Shown here: positions 28,821 through 40,490 of the stretch, in pieces | How positions within the stretch are numbered: position 1 is the stretch's first letter | Layout: each line of letters begins with the position of its first letter | NCBI RefSeq assembly: GCF_009914755.1 | Contig: NC_060933.1 | Strand: one strand, 5' to 3' | Origin: the human T2T-CHM13v2.0 reference genome, Homo sapiens | Length of the DNA stretch: 64,000 nt | Made by a program: the position numbers and the translations under genes | Notes under the pieces: model-generated | Seen by the model: only the letters and a program-made list of their open reading frames with translations | The model's database searches: none | Told to the model about the DNA's origin: nothing

Positions 28821-29467
28821 CTGTAAACTAGTTCAACCATTGTGGAAGTCAGTGTGGCAATTCCTCAAGGATCTAGAACTAGAAATACCACTTGACCCAG
28901 CCATCCCATTACTGGGTATATACCCAAAGGATTATAAATCATGCTGCTATACAGACACATGCACATGTATGTTTATTGCAGCACTATTCACAATAGCAAA
29001 GACTTGGAACCAACCCAAATGTCCAACAATGATAGACTGGATTAAGAAAATTTGGCACATAGACACCATGGAATACTATGCAGCCATAAAAAATGATGAG
29101 TTCATGTCCTTTGTAGGGACATGGATGAAATTGGAAATCATCATTCTCAGTAAACTATTGCAAGAACAAAAAACCAAACACCGCATATTCTCACTCATAG
29201 GTGGGAACTGAACAATGAGAACACATGGACACAGGAAGGGGAGCTTCACACTCTGGGGACTGTTGTGGGGTGGGGGGATGGGGGAGGGATAGCATTAGGA
29301 GATATACCTAATGCTAAATGACAAGTTAATGGGTGCAGCACACCAGCATGGTACATGTATGCATATGCAACAAACCTGCACATTGTGCACATGTACCCTA
29401 ACACTTAAAGTATAATAAAAAAAAAAAAACTCAGAAACTAGAGTCAGAAGAATAGCCAAAAAAAAAA
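28821..29467 (+). mobile_element. 5'-truncated L1PA3/PA4 with a 28-bp 3' transduction
   Basis: ORF2 C-terminus (...[10 protein letters not shown]) and 3' UTR, poly(A) 29417-29429, unique 29430-29457, second poly(A); 16-bp TSD aaaattc(g/a)gtcatcac (28805-28820/29468-29483). Confidence 0.93.
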
Positions 29468-29833
29468 AAAATTCAGTCATCACTATCTTTAATGGATGGA
29501 ATGGAGTTTAGAGTAAATAGTGCAGGGAAGGTAGGGTTATGAGGTTTTAGTGTTCTCTTTCTTAATCTGCATTCTGATTACCAGATTATTGTTCACTTGA
29601 TAAAATTTTATCGAATTGTGCCCTGATAATCAGAATGTAAGAATGTTACATTTTCTGTAAGATATCCTTCAATGAATTTTAACAAAAATACTATGAAAAA
29701 ATAAATTTCTCTTTTTTTAACTTGATTACCCTATTATAGAATGCATATGTTTAGTGTCTTTGTACAGTGATAAGAAAATACCTCAAACAGGATTTAAAAA
29801 AACGTAAACAGATGTAAATGACACTTTTCTTTA

Positions 29834-30141
29834 TTTTTTATTTTATTTATTTATTTATTTATGATAGGATCTCACTCTGTCACCCAGGCTATAGTGCAGT
29901 AGCATGATCACAGCTAATTTCAGCCTTGACCTTCTGGTCTCAAGTAATCCTCTCAAGGCAGCCTCCCATTTAGCTGGGACCACAGACACGTGCCACTATG
30001 TCTGGCTAATTTTTTGAATTTTTGGTAGACAGGGTCTCACTTTGTTGCCTAAGGTGGTCTTGAATTGCTGGGCTCAAGCAATCCTTCAGCCTCAGCCTCC
30101 CAAAGTGCTGGGATTATACGCATGAGCCACCAGGCCCAGCC
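29834..30141 (-). mobile_element. AluJ, full length
   Basis: Antisense Alu with cagccttgacc and gggctcaagcaatcc J diagnostics; TSD acttttcttta (29823-29833/30142-30152). Confidence 0.9.
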
Positions 30142-31599
30142 ACTTTTCTTTAATTGAAGTGCTATAGCCAATACCAAAGTTGGTGGCCTCCCATCCAACT
30201 TACAATTTACAGTATAGCACCTATACATTTAGTCTGCTGCTCTAAATGTCTCCTAGCAATCAAACGGTGTGTGAAATTCATAGTATGGGGCACAATATTT
30301 TTTAATCATTCTAACTACTGTAATTATGTCCTTATCTGTATTCATGTCCTGAAAGTTTATGCAAGTAAAATTAGCATAATGACATTTAAGTTATTTCATG
30401 TTTATGTGCATGCATTTACTGGACATTGCTATTTTTTACAACTTTACATTTTAAATTTCTACTTTTCATCCAAGAACTCTCTCAAAATGTTTGACTTACC
30501 TTCTTTTGTTTTTACATTTTTCTGTTCTTCAATTTTTTCATTCATCCAACATATACTTAAATATCTAAGTTTTAAGGTAACTATATGTGCTGGTATATTT
30601 GCCTATAAATCATCATGCACATAGAAAACACTTTTAGAAGCTTCCTCTTTCATACCAAATTCAAACCATAAGGTCTAAAGGAAGTACTTAGAGGTTGTGG
30701 TATACACACATTTATTTTACTGAAAACTGAAAATAACGCAGACAAAAGGATGAAACTTATTGGGAATTGGTATGATACATAAGGTATCTTTCACTCAGAA
30801 AAAAAGTAAGAATATACCATACTAAGTTCATTTTCTTCAAAAATTTGGATCCTTTCATTTTCTAGGGCTGCATATCCTTTTTCCTAAAGAGGAACTCCAC
30901 ATTTTATAAGTTGCAGTTCCCATAAAGACTAGATCTGTCCCTAGTTTTGATGAACTATACCTGGGAAACCAGAGGTATGGCAATCCTAAAACGAATATAG
31001 GAAAAGAGTTCCAATAGACACAGATTCCCTTCCCCTGGTGAAAATGAAGATAGAAACAACAACAAAAAGAGATATTACGTAATATAAAATAAAACAAATG
31101 TTCATTATATTTGAACCTGTATTCTCTTTTCTAAACTGAGTTTCAGAGGGCAAGGAACATGTCTGTCAGATACTACTTTCTATCCAGTACACATAGTAGC
31201 TGCACAATAAACATTTATGACATGAATTAATTAGCGTTTCTCTGGCCTGCCAATACCCTGTATATAGAAAATCTGTAAATTTCCACTAACTTTAAAAATA
31301 CTCATATTTTCCTGGAACAGAAAGTAAAGATTACATGGCAGACAAAATTGCATCTGTCTACTAATGATTACCATGTAATCTTTACTAGATGGCCTTGTGG
31401 TTCTCAGTAAGAGTCAAGTGATGAAGGAGACAGAGGGAGCAAAGCTGAAAGACTTTAATAAACTCTCTTTGAAAATAATGTTTTTATTCAATGTCAACTT
31501 CTTATTAAGACATCCCAGGGCTTGACTCTTCTGAGTCTTTTATATACTTTTTTTCTACAACAAAGGAGAAAGCAATCACTATTGATTTGGGCACATATC

Positions 31600-33050
31600 A
31601 AAAAATGAAAAAAGAGAAATAAATAAACAGTTGCATTTCAATTGTGGCCATCATACAGCCAATAGTTTATCATAACTCTTAAAGGTTGGTCCCTAGGCTC
31701 TCATACAGGTTCACCCTTTGCTGACCTCTTACAATCTTTCTGTCAGCATTTTGAATGCTACTGATTCTGTGAGTAATATTTTCAACGGAGGTCAGACAGG
31801 CCAGTAAGTCCAGCGTGCCCTCTCACTTACAAATTCCCCTTCTTTTGTGGCTTTTCACCATGGGTTCACATGTCATGGACTCTACATCGCAAACTGCAGT
31901 AAGCAAATTTCAATCGTGAGTGAAAGGAGAAAAAAGCAAATCCTACTTGACTATTGCTAGCTTGTTTACACCATAGGGCTAGAGTAAGCTGAAATCGACA
32001 GAGTATAAAGAAAAGAAGGTCCTCTTGCAGTAACACACACACTCATTTTCAGACTCATAGTTTAAATGCAGTCCTTTATTTGTCACTACCACTGCATTAT
32101 TATCAGAGGATTTATATGCCTAGAGCTGCCAGAAGTGTCACCAGATCTGACAATGCCCATTTTGGAGCTTTTTCCGATGGCTTATTTTATTTATAGTCTT
32201 GATGAAACTGGGGCAGTCACAAAACTGATTAGTGATCTGGCAAACAGGGTCTGCTCTGCTACTGATGTGTGTAAATATTGTGCTGTAGAGCCTTTCTGTG
32301 ACAGGTCATTGCTGCTAACAAACCGCAGAATGCAAACAGAGACCTGTGCTGCGTTCACTGCAGATGCACAGCAGCCAGCTTACACTGACAAAGCAAATGA
32401 AAATCCTCTTATTGTCGATCATCTCAAGTAAAATGGCCTAAAAATCAATTCTAGGATAGGCTTTCTTTCTTTCTCGAAGCTTTAATCTGGGGATGATGAC
32501 AGTGATAATGGTATTTCATTATACACATAAAGTAAGAGAGAAAAACGTAACAAAACAAGATATAAAAGATGAATTTAAACAATGGATTGTGAAAGCCTTG
32601 TTGTTTGCTTCTGTTTTTAAAAATATTTTGCTATTTTTTCTTGGCTGCTGCCGTTGCTACAGTTGTAGTCTGCACAGAATGAAGCCTTAATCACACAGTC
32701 ATGCTGAAACAACATGTTTACAAAGGTAAAATTAATGGGCTTATCTTAAGCAAGATGTCCCTCTATGGCATCATTAATATGCTTTAGATTTTTAAAATAA
32801 ATGTGTTTTTATTCTTCCAGTACATCAGAATTGGAATTGGAGTCATGTCAAGATGTTCTCACTGGCAAAGACAGGAGGAGGTTAAAATAGCTCCTTGTAG
32901 GGCAGTAACCTCGGGAGAAAAAGAACTAATAGAAAATAAATGGCGAGTATTTTTTTTTTTGAATCATTTGTATGATAAGCTTATAATGTACTTGTCTCAA
33001 TGCAGAAAGCACAAGGAAAAAATAAATATGTCCTCATCACATTGGTAGAC
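31600..33050. promoter_or_regulatory. Candidate conserved non-coding element or enhancer
   Basis: Repeat-free, higher GC than the flanks, ~14 CpGs in 31786-32945; FOX (tgtttac x2), TALE (tgacag), RUNX (aaccgca) and E-box (cagatg) motifs; conservation not tested. Confidence 0.4.
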
Positions 33051-34469
33051 AAAGCACTAAGCATGTAGGTTGTCAGAAATTCGATATCCCTTTCTCTTTT
33101 CTATATCCTCTACCAAACAGAAAGTTCCACATACATCTGAGACTTCAGTGTCTATGTGACTTGAGTACAATTTCCTTTTTCATCTTTGTTTTTCCTTTAC
33201 TTACTCGTTTCCCTTTATTCTTACCTGAGATATAGAGAGTAAAAAATAACACTATAGAATCAACCTTTTTTTCTAGGTAATTTAGAATAAATTTTCCAGA
33301 ACATAAAAAGGATAATGATGGCATTATGTAAATTTGAGACCAAAATTTTCTGAATTAAATTATTTTTACATAGATAATGGTTCACTTCTGATTAGGAACA
33401 TTAAATAAAAAGTAATCTTAACAATATGACAATACAACTTAGCCTTCTTGCATTATCTTTTTTAGCCTAAATATTTAATTATTATAATTTGCACAAAATT
33501 GAAATTATAGTGCAATTCTTTTCTTTACAAAATAATCACAATAAAGTATTTTAATCAAGCAACTGAGCACATACAATTATTATTCTATGTCCATAAAATT
33601 TTTTTGCAGAAAACATTTATATAAGAATTTCAGTAGTCAAACATTGAGTAGCAGGAAAATACTATTAAATTTTAAAAACCAAACAAGCATTGGAAACAGA
33701 AAAATGGATACGAAGAGAAGCAAGTATTCTCCTGTATTTATAATTGTGGTACTTTACAATATATGTAATATATCTTTAGAAAGATTAATTGTCTTTTATT
33801 CTCACAGAAATTCTATGAGCCAGGCAGAGGAACTGTTTTTGTTCCCATTTTACTTCTGTAAAAACCGAGTCTCAAAATAACTGCTCCCCAGAAGTATAGA
33901 ATGATTAAAGGTCAGAGACAGAGCCTGCATATTTTCATATTTGTTACACTTTTTTAGCTATTGTTGTCCAAGAGTACTCTTACTTTTGAGATACTTTCTT
34001 TATTTCACTGTTCAGAATTTTTACATTTGTATGATTTAACAAAATAATCGGTAAATTTCATTTTTGGGGATTAAAAATTAGGTTGTGGAAGCTACATTAG
34101 GTTGTGGAAGTTGTGCCCCATCTGAGACAAATCTTGGATTAATCAGTGATTGATTAAATTATTGAAAGTTTAGTTATTCAAAGAAATTGGCATAGAAGTA
34201 CATTAAGCTAAGCTTTATCTGGTAAAATGGAGAACTAACATGATGTGGGCTTCTTTCTGTGACCACAACCCTGGAAATGACACAGAAATCAGCATCTAAT
34301 ACTAAAAGATGTGAGAAACCCTTGCAGTTACAAACTACAGTAAAGTCTGCGAGTAGAGAAAAAAATGACAGCAAAGAGCAGAAAACTGAGATGTAAGGAA
34401 ACCAGAATATGCTGGGGCAGAAGTTTTTAGTGGTCATCATTCCTTTTCATTGCATTCCTGTATTTTTTT

Positions 34470-34590
34470 CTGCTCTTTCAATAGTTAGAGTACCCACAGT
34501 GTGCAAGGCACTCTTCTAAATACTGAGAATACACTACAGAGCCAGAAAGACAAAACTTTGACCAAATGGAATTCCCATTCTAGCGAAACT
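34470..34590 (-). mobile_element. L2 3' end fragment
   Basis: gagtacccacagtgtgcaaggcactcttctaaatactgagaataca matches the antisense L2 terminus. Confidence 0.55.
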
Positions 34591-35074
34591 AGAGTTGAAA
34601 AGAGATCACTGCTAACTCCTTTAAAGCCATTTTGGAGTCGGTCAGGCAGAATATGACTCAACCTAGCTTGGAAAATGAGGAAATAGTGACAAATGCAGAA
34701 AGACCATCTGAACCCTAGGCATTCTCCTCTAACCCAGCTACTCCATACAATGAGTGTTAGGATGGTGATTAAAACTGAGGGAGACCAGTCTTGGTAAACA
34801 GCACCACCCAGGACACGTGAATACACCAACTTTTATGGAGGAGGAAGGCAAACAAAGGGTGGCAGAATCCAGTTATTTCCTAAGGAGTCCTTCATTCTAA
34901 ACACTTCTGGTGGGTCAATCTTGAGCCTGATTTTAGTGCCATGTATTCTTAATCAGCATAATAAATCTTACTAGGAAAAAATAGGCCTCAAAGGAATTCA
35001 ATGACTCTAAAATAAAATACATGTATATCGAAGACAACCAGATTTACAAAAATTAACAATAGTTTAAAATATGT

Positions 35075-35400
35075 GACCATGTGTGGTGGTTTACGTCTGT
35101 AATCCCAGCACTTTGGGAGTCCAAGACAGGAGCATTGCTTGAAGCTAGGAGTTTGAGATCAGCTCGGGCAACCAAGAGAGCCCCTGTCTCTACAAAATAA
35201 ATAATAATTTAAAAAAATAGCTAGGTGTGGCGGCATGCACTTGTAGTCCCAGTTACCAAGGAGGCTGAGGCAGGAGAATCTCTTGAGCCCAGGAGGTCAA
35301 GGCTGCAGTTAGCTAGGAGGCTGTCACCACTGCACTTGCTCCAGCCTGAGTAACAGAAAGACACTGTCTCTGAAGAAAAAAAAAAGTTAAAATAAATCCA
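35075..35400 (+). mobile_element. AluJ (Jo-like), full length
   Basis: ttgagcccaggaggtcaaggctgcag; TSD aaaatatgt (35066-35074/35401-35409). Confidence 0.88.
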
Positions 35401-35874
35401 AAAATATGTATAGTAAATGTTCTCAAAGACATAAGGCACAATATTTGAACCTGAAGAAGAAATTAGCAAACATAAAATATTTTTTCAGTATGAAAACCAT
35501 ATCTGTTGAAATGAAGGATTAAATATATGGTATAAACAGCAGAAGGGTTAAATTTGAGGAGTGCTCATTAGTGAGATGGAAGATAATGTTCAAATAATAA
35601 TAAATTTTTTTTTAAATTTAGAAAACTAGACTTCACATGTACTGCTGATGGGAGTACAGACTGATGCAACTATCCAGAGAGCAATGTGGAGTGAAATGAA
35701 ATCCAAACCTATGAACCAGCAATCCTACTCTTGATCCACATGGCAAATAAGTTTAAACTCATGAAAGGATATGATATCCATTAGAGACATTTGTTGTTGC
35801 AGGGAGTTGGAAGGAGGCAAAGAATCTATCACTGTAATACACACACACACAATTGTTTATAAAAATGGAATACA

Positions 35875-36180
35875 GGCCAGGTGTGGTGGCTCATGCCTAT
35901 AATCACAGTGCTTTGGGAGGCCGAGGCGGGCAGATCACAAGGTTAGGAGTTTGAGACCAGCCTGTCCAATATGGTGAAACTCCATCTCTACTAAAAATAC
36001 AAAACTTAGCCAGGTGTGGTGACACGCGCCTGTAGTTCCAGGTACTCGGGAGGCTGAGGCAGAAGAATCACTTGAACACGGGAGTCAGAGGTTGCAATGA
36101 GCCGAGATCACGCCACTGCACTCCAGCCTGGGCAACAGAGCGAGACTCCATCTCAAAAAAAAAAAAAGAAGAAGAAGAAG
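35875..36180 (+). mobile_element. AluSg-like, full length, with an A/(GAA)n tail
   Basis: gatcacaaggttaggagtttgagaccagcc (2-bp deletion with S-type flank); tail a13(gaa)4. Confidence 0.88.
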
Positions 36181-36516
36181 TAATAGTGTGCTGTGCAGCA
36201 TGAAAAAAAAATGAGGTAAAGATACACACGATAACAAGAATAGGTCTTAATAATATAGTGTTGGATTTACAAAAGTAAAAACTATATATACAACATATAA
36301 CTCAAAAACAACCACAAAATTTTATAGTTTTCAAAAAATGCATATTCAAGGGTCTACCACAAACACATGAATGCAATTGAAGTAAGAGGGAGAAGCAGAA
36401 GGAAATAAAAATAGAGATTAGAGATTAGGGCAAGATAAAATAATTAGATAAAATAAATCAAGAAATTCCTATTTTATTTATCATGATAAGAATGTACTTT
36501 AAAAAGAGGATGACTA

Positions 36517-39480
36517 CATAAAATGAGTTAGGGAGGAGTACCTCTTTTTCTATTGTTTGGAATAATTTCAGAAGGAATGATACCAGTTCCTCTTTGTACC
36601 TCTGGTAGAATTTGGCTGTGAATCCGTCTGGTCCTGAGCCTTTTTTTTTTGGTTGGTAGGCTATAATTACTGCCTCAATTTCAGAACTTGTTATTGATCT
36701 ATTCAGGGATTTGACTTCTTCTTGGTTTAGTCTTGGGAGAGTGGATGTGTCCAGGAATGTATCAATTTTTTCTAGATTTTCTAGTTTATTTGTGTAGAGG
36801 TTTTTATAGTATTCTCTGATGGTAGTTTGTATTTCTGGGGGATCAGTAGTGATATCCCCTTTATCATTTTTTATTGTGTCTATTTGAGTCTTCTCTCTTT
36901 TCTTCTTTATTAGTCTGGGTAGTGGTCTATCTATTTTGTTGATCTGTTCAAAAAAACCCCTCCTGGATTCATTGATTTTTTGAAGGACTTTTCATGTCTC
37001 TGTCTCCTTCAGTTCTGCTCTGATTTTAGTTGTTTCTTGTCTTCTGCTAGCTTTTGAATTTGTTTGCTCTTGCTTCTCTAGTTCTTTTAATTGTGATGTT
37101 AGGGTGTCAGCTTTAGATCTTTCCTGCTTTCTCCTGTGGACACTTAGTGCTATAAATTTCCCTCTAAACATTGCTTTAGCTGTGTCCCAGAGATTCTGGT
37201 ATGTTGTGTCTTTGTTCTCATTGTTTTCAAAGATCTTATTTCTTTCTGCCTTAATTTCATTATTTGCCCAGTAGTCACTCAGGAGCAGCTTGTTCAGTTT
37301 CCATGTAATTGTGCAGTTTTGAGTGAGTTTCTTAATCCTGAGTTCTAATTTGATTGCACTGTGGTCTGAGAGACTGTTTGTTATTATTTCCATTCTTTTG
37401 CATTTGCTGAGGAGTGTTTTACTTCCAATTATGTGGTCGATTTTAGAGTAAGTGTGATGTGGTACTGAGAAGAATGCATATTCTGTCGATTTGGGGTGGA
37501 GAGTTCTGTAAATGTCTACTAGGTATGCTTGGTCCAGAGCTGAGTTCAAGTCCTAAATATCCTTGTTAATTTTCTGTCTTCTTGATCTGTCTAATATTGA
37601 CAGTGGGGTGTTAAAGTCTCCCACTCTTATTGTGTGGGAGTCTAAGTCTCTTTGTAGGTCTCTAAGAATTTGCTTTATCAATCTGGGTGCTCCTATATTG
37701 GATATATATATATATATAATCGTTGGCACTCCTTGTTGCGTTGATCCATTTACCATTATGTAATGCCCTTCTTTGTCTTTTTTCATTTTTGTTGATTTAA
37801 AGTCTGTTTTATCAGATACTAGGATTGCAACCCCTGCAAGGCTACAGTAACCAAAACAGCATGGTACTGGTACCAAAATGGATATATAGACCAATGGAAC
37901 AGAACAGAGGCCTCAGAAATAATGCCACACATCTACAACCATCTGATCTTTGACAAACCTGACAAAAACAAGTAATGGGAAAAGTATTCCCTATTTAATA
38001 AATGGTGCTGGGAAACTAGCTAGCCATATACAGAAAACTGAAACTGGACCCCTTCCTTAACACCTTATACAAAAATTGACTCAAGCTGCATTGAAGACTT
38101 AAACATAAGACCTAAAACATTAAAACCCTAGAAGAAAGCCTAGTCAATACCATTCAGGACATAGACATGGGCAAAGACTTCATGACTAAAACACCAAAAG
38201 CAATAACAATCAAAATTGACAAATGAGATCTGATTAAACTAAAAAGCTTCTGCACAGCAAAAGAAACTATCATCAGAGTGAACAGGCAACCTAAAGAATG
38301 GGAGAAAATTTTTGCAATCTACCCATCTGACAAAGGGCTAATATCCAGAATCTACAAGGAACTTAAACAAATTTACAAGAAGAAAAAAAACAATCCCATC
38401 AAAAAGTGAGCGAAGCATACTAACAGACACTTCTCAAAAGAAGACATTTATGTGGCCAAAAAACACATGAAAAAAAATTCAACACTGGGCTTTACAGAAA
38501 TGCAAATCAAAACCACAATGAGATAAAAATGAAGAATTCATGTCCTTTGTAGGGACATGGATGAAGCTGGAAACCATCATTCTCAGCAAACTATCGCAAG
38601 GACAAAAAAACAAACACTGCATGTTCTCACTCATAAGTGGGAATTGAACAATGAGAACACATGGACACAGGAAGGGGAACATCACACACCGGGGCCTGTC
38701 ATGGGGTTGGGGGAGGGAGGAGGGATAGCATTAGGAGATATACCTAATGTTAAATGATGAGTTAATGGGCGCAGCACACCAATATGGCACATGTATACAT
38801 ATGTAACAAACCTGCATGTTGTGCACATATACCCTAAAACTTAAAGTATAATTAAAAAAAACCACAATGAGATGCCATCTGGCATAAGCCAGTTAGAATG
38901 GATATCATTAAAAAGTTAGGAAACAACAGATGCTGGAGAGGATGTGGAGAAATAGGAACGCTTTTACACTGTTGGTGGGAATGTATATTAGTTCAACCAT
39001 TGTGGAAGACAATGTGGTGATTCCTCAAGGATCTAGAACCAGATATATCATTTGACCCAGGAATCCCTTTACTGGGTATATACCCACAGGATTATAAATC
39101 ATTCTACTATAAAGACACATGCACATGTATGTTTACTGCAGCAGTATTCACAATAGCAAAGACTTGGGACCAACAAAAATGCTCATCAATGACAGACTGG
39201 ATAAAGAAAATGTGAAACATATACACCATGGAATACTATGCAACCATAAAAAGGATTAGTTCATGTCCTTCACGGGGACACAGATGAAGTGGGAAACCAT
39301 CATTCTCAGCAAAAATACACAGGAACAGAAAAACAAATATCGCATGTTCTCACTCATAAGTGGGAGTTGAAAAACGAGAACACATGAACACAGGCAGGGG
39401 AACATCACACACTGGGGCCTGTTGTGGGGTGGGGAGCTAAATAAATATAAATATAATTTAAATATATACATAAATATAAT
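36517..39480 (+). mobile_element. L1PA7/PA8 with a 5' inversion (inverted ORF2 segment 36517-37837 on -, sense segment 37837-39439 on +)
   Basis: The minus segment encodes the endonuclease-region end ([10 protein letters not shown]...[10 protein letters not shown]...[11 protein letters not shown]); the plus segment runs from caaggctacagtaacc into the 3' UTR; possible degenerate TSD aaaagaggatgacta / aaaatgttatgacta. Confidence 0.9.
38525..38857 (+). mobile_element. Nested 5'-truncated L1PA4/PA5 3' end inside the older L1
   Basis: Complete younger 3' UTR; perfect 16-bp TSD aaaaccacaatgagat (38509-38524/38858-38873) made of host L1 ORF2 sequence. Confidence 0.93.
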
Positions 39481-40236
39481 ATAAAATGTTATGACTAAAT
39501 TCTTTGTTAAATGAAAAGTGAATGAACAAGTAAACAAATGAATCAATAAAGGTAGATCAGTAAGATTGGACCTGTTACTTTTCTGATACACTTCTGTCAG
39601 CATCTATGCCAAGCTTTGCCTAACCACCTTAAGCTCCCAATGGTCCCAATTTCTTTATTCTTGACAAATGAACTCATTTCTACTTTATTGAAACCATCAG
39701 TGACCATCTATAAAGAGCTCCTTTATGTACCTATAAATCATCCTAGCTCACATTTTCCTACATTTGAAATCACCCATTCTTGAATTTTCAGTGCCCATTG
39801 TCCAGACTAACTTTTCCACTAGAACTTTAAATTCAATCAATTCCTTTTATCTTTAGCATCAAATATTCTCTATCAGCTTTAAGCTGTTAATCCTCTGTGG
39901 TTCCTCCTGTACTAATGCAGACTCATGCTAGTCCATTCCAAAAGACCTCCTTGATATGGCTACTATTACATAGTCCTTCCTTTATTAAAAATATTTCATC
40001 TCTAACTCCCTATTGTAACAATGTGTTGTTATGCTTTAAGTTTCTTCCTAAAATTTTTCATTAATAACCTAATAAGAAATAAAATATACTAACTTATAGT
40101 ATTCTGTGACTAAGATATCTAAAGTTTGGTTTGATAGTCCACTTAAGGAGTAGATTTTCCCATCTCTTTCTTTGGGAAAAGGAACCTAGCCAAGCCCAGA
40201 TTTGTGTGTCTATGTGAATCAGTAACACTTCAGGAA

Positions 40237-40490
40237 GGAAGTATGACATAGTGGTTAAGGTAACAATCTCTAAAATCAGACTAAGTATATTCAAATGCCA
40301 ATCTTAGCAGTTATTAGGTATGTAAAGTTGAAGAATTTCATTACATCTTCTGATACAATTTTCTCATCTGCAAAAGTGTGTATTGGTAATATAGGCATTA
40401 TATTTTTGTGAAAATTAAATAAAACAATAAATACAAAATAATATTTTTAGTGTTAGGCTCATAGTAAAGGGTTACTATGTATTATTGTCA
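40237..40490 (+). mobile_element. MIR SINE, near full length
   Basis: catagtggttaagg...ttttctcatctgcaaaa..g...tgtgaaaattaaat...ggctcatagtaa. Confidence 0.75.

Noticed and set aside
30154-30624. 156-aa ORF
   Set aside because: TTG start, F/I/Y/L-biased composition typical of T-rich non-coding DNA, and no recognisable domain.
34077-34110. 15-bp direct repeat attaggttgtggaag (period 19)
   Set aside because: Ordinary short slippage duplication; only two copies, no array.
37553-37894. 113-aa ORF with an apparently novel N-terminus fused to the L1 endonuclease
   Set aside because: It is a chance read-through across the inversion junction at 37837 (antisense L1 joined to sense L1), not a gene.
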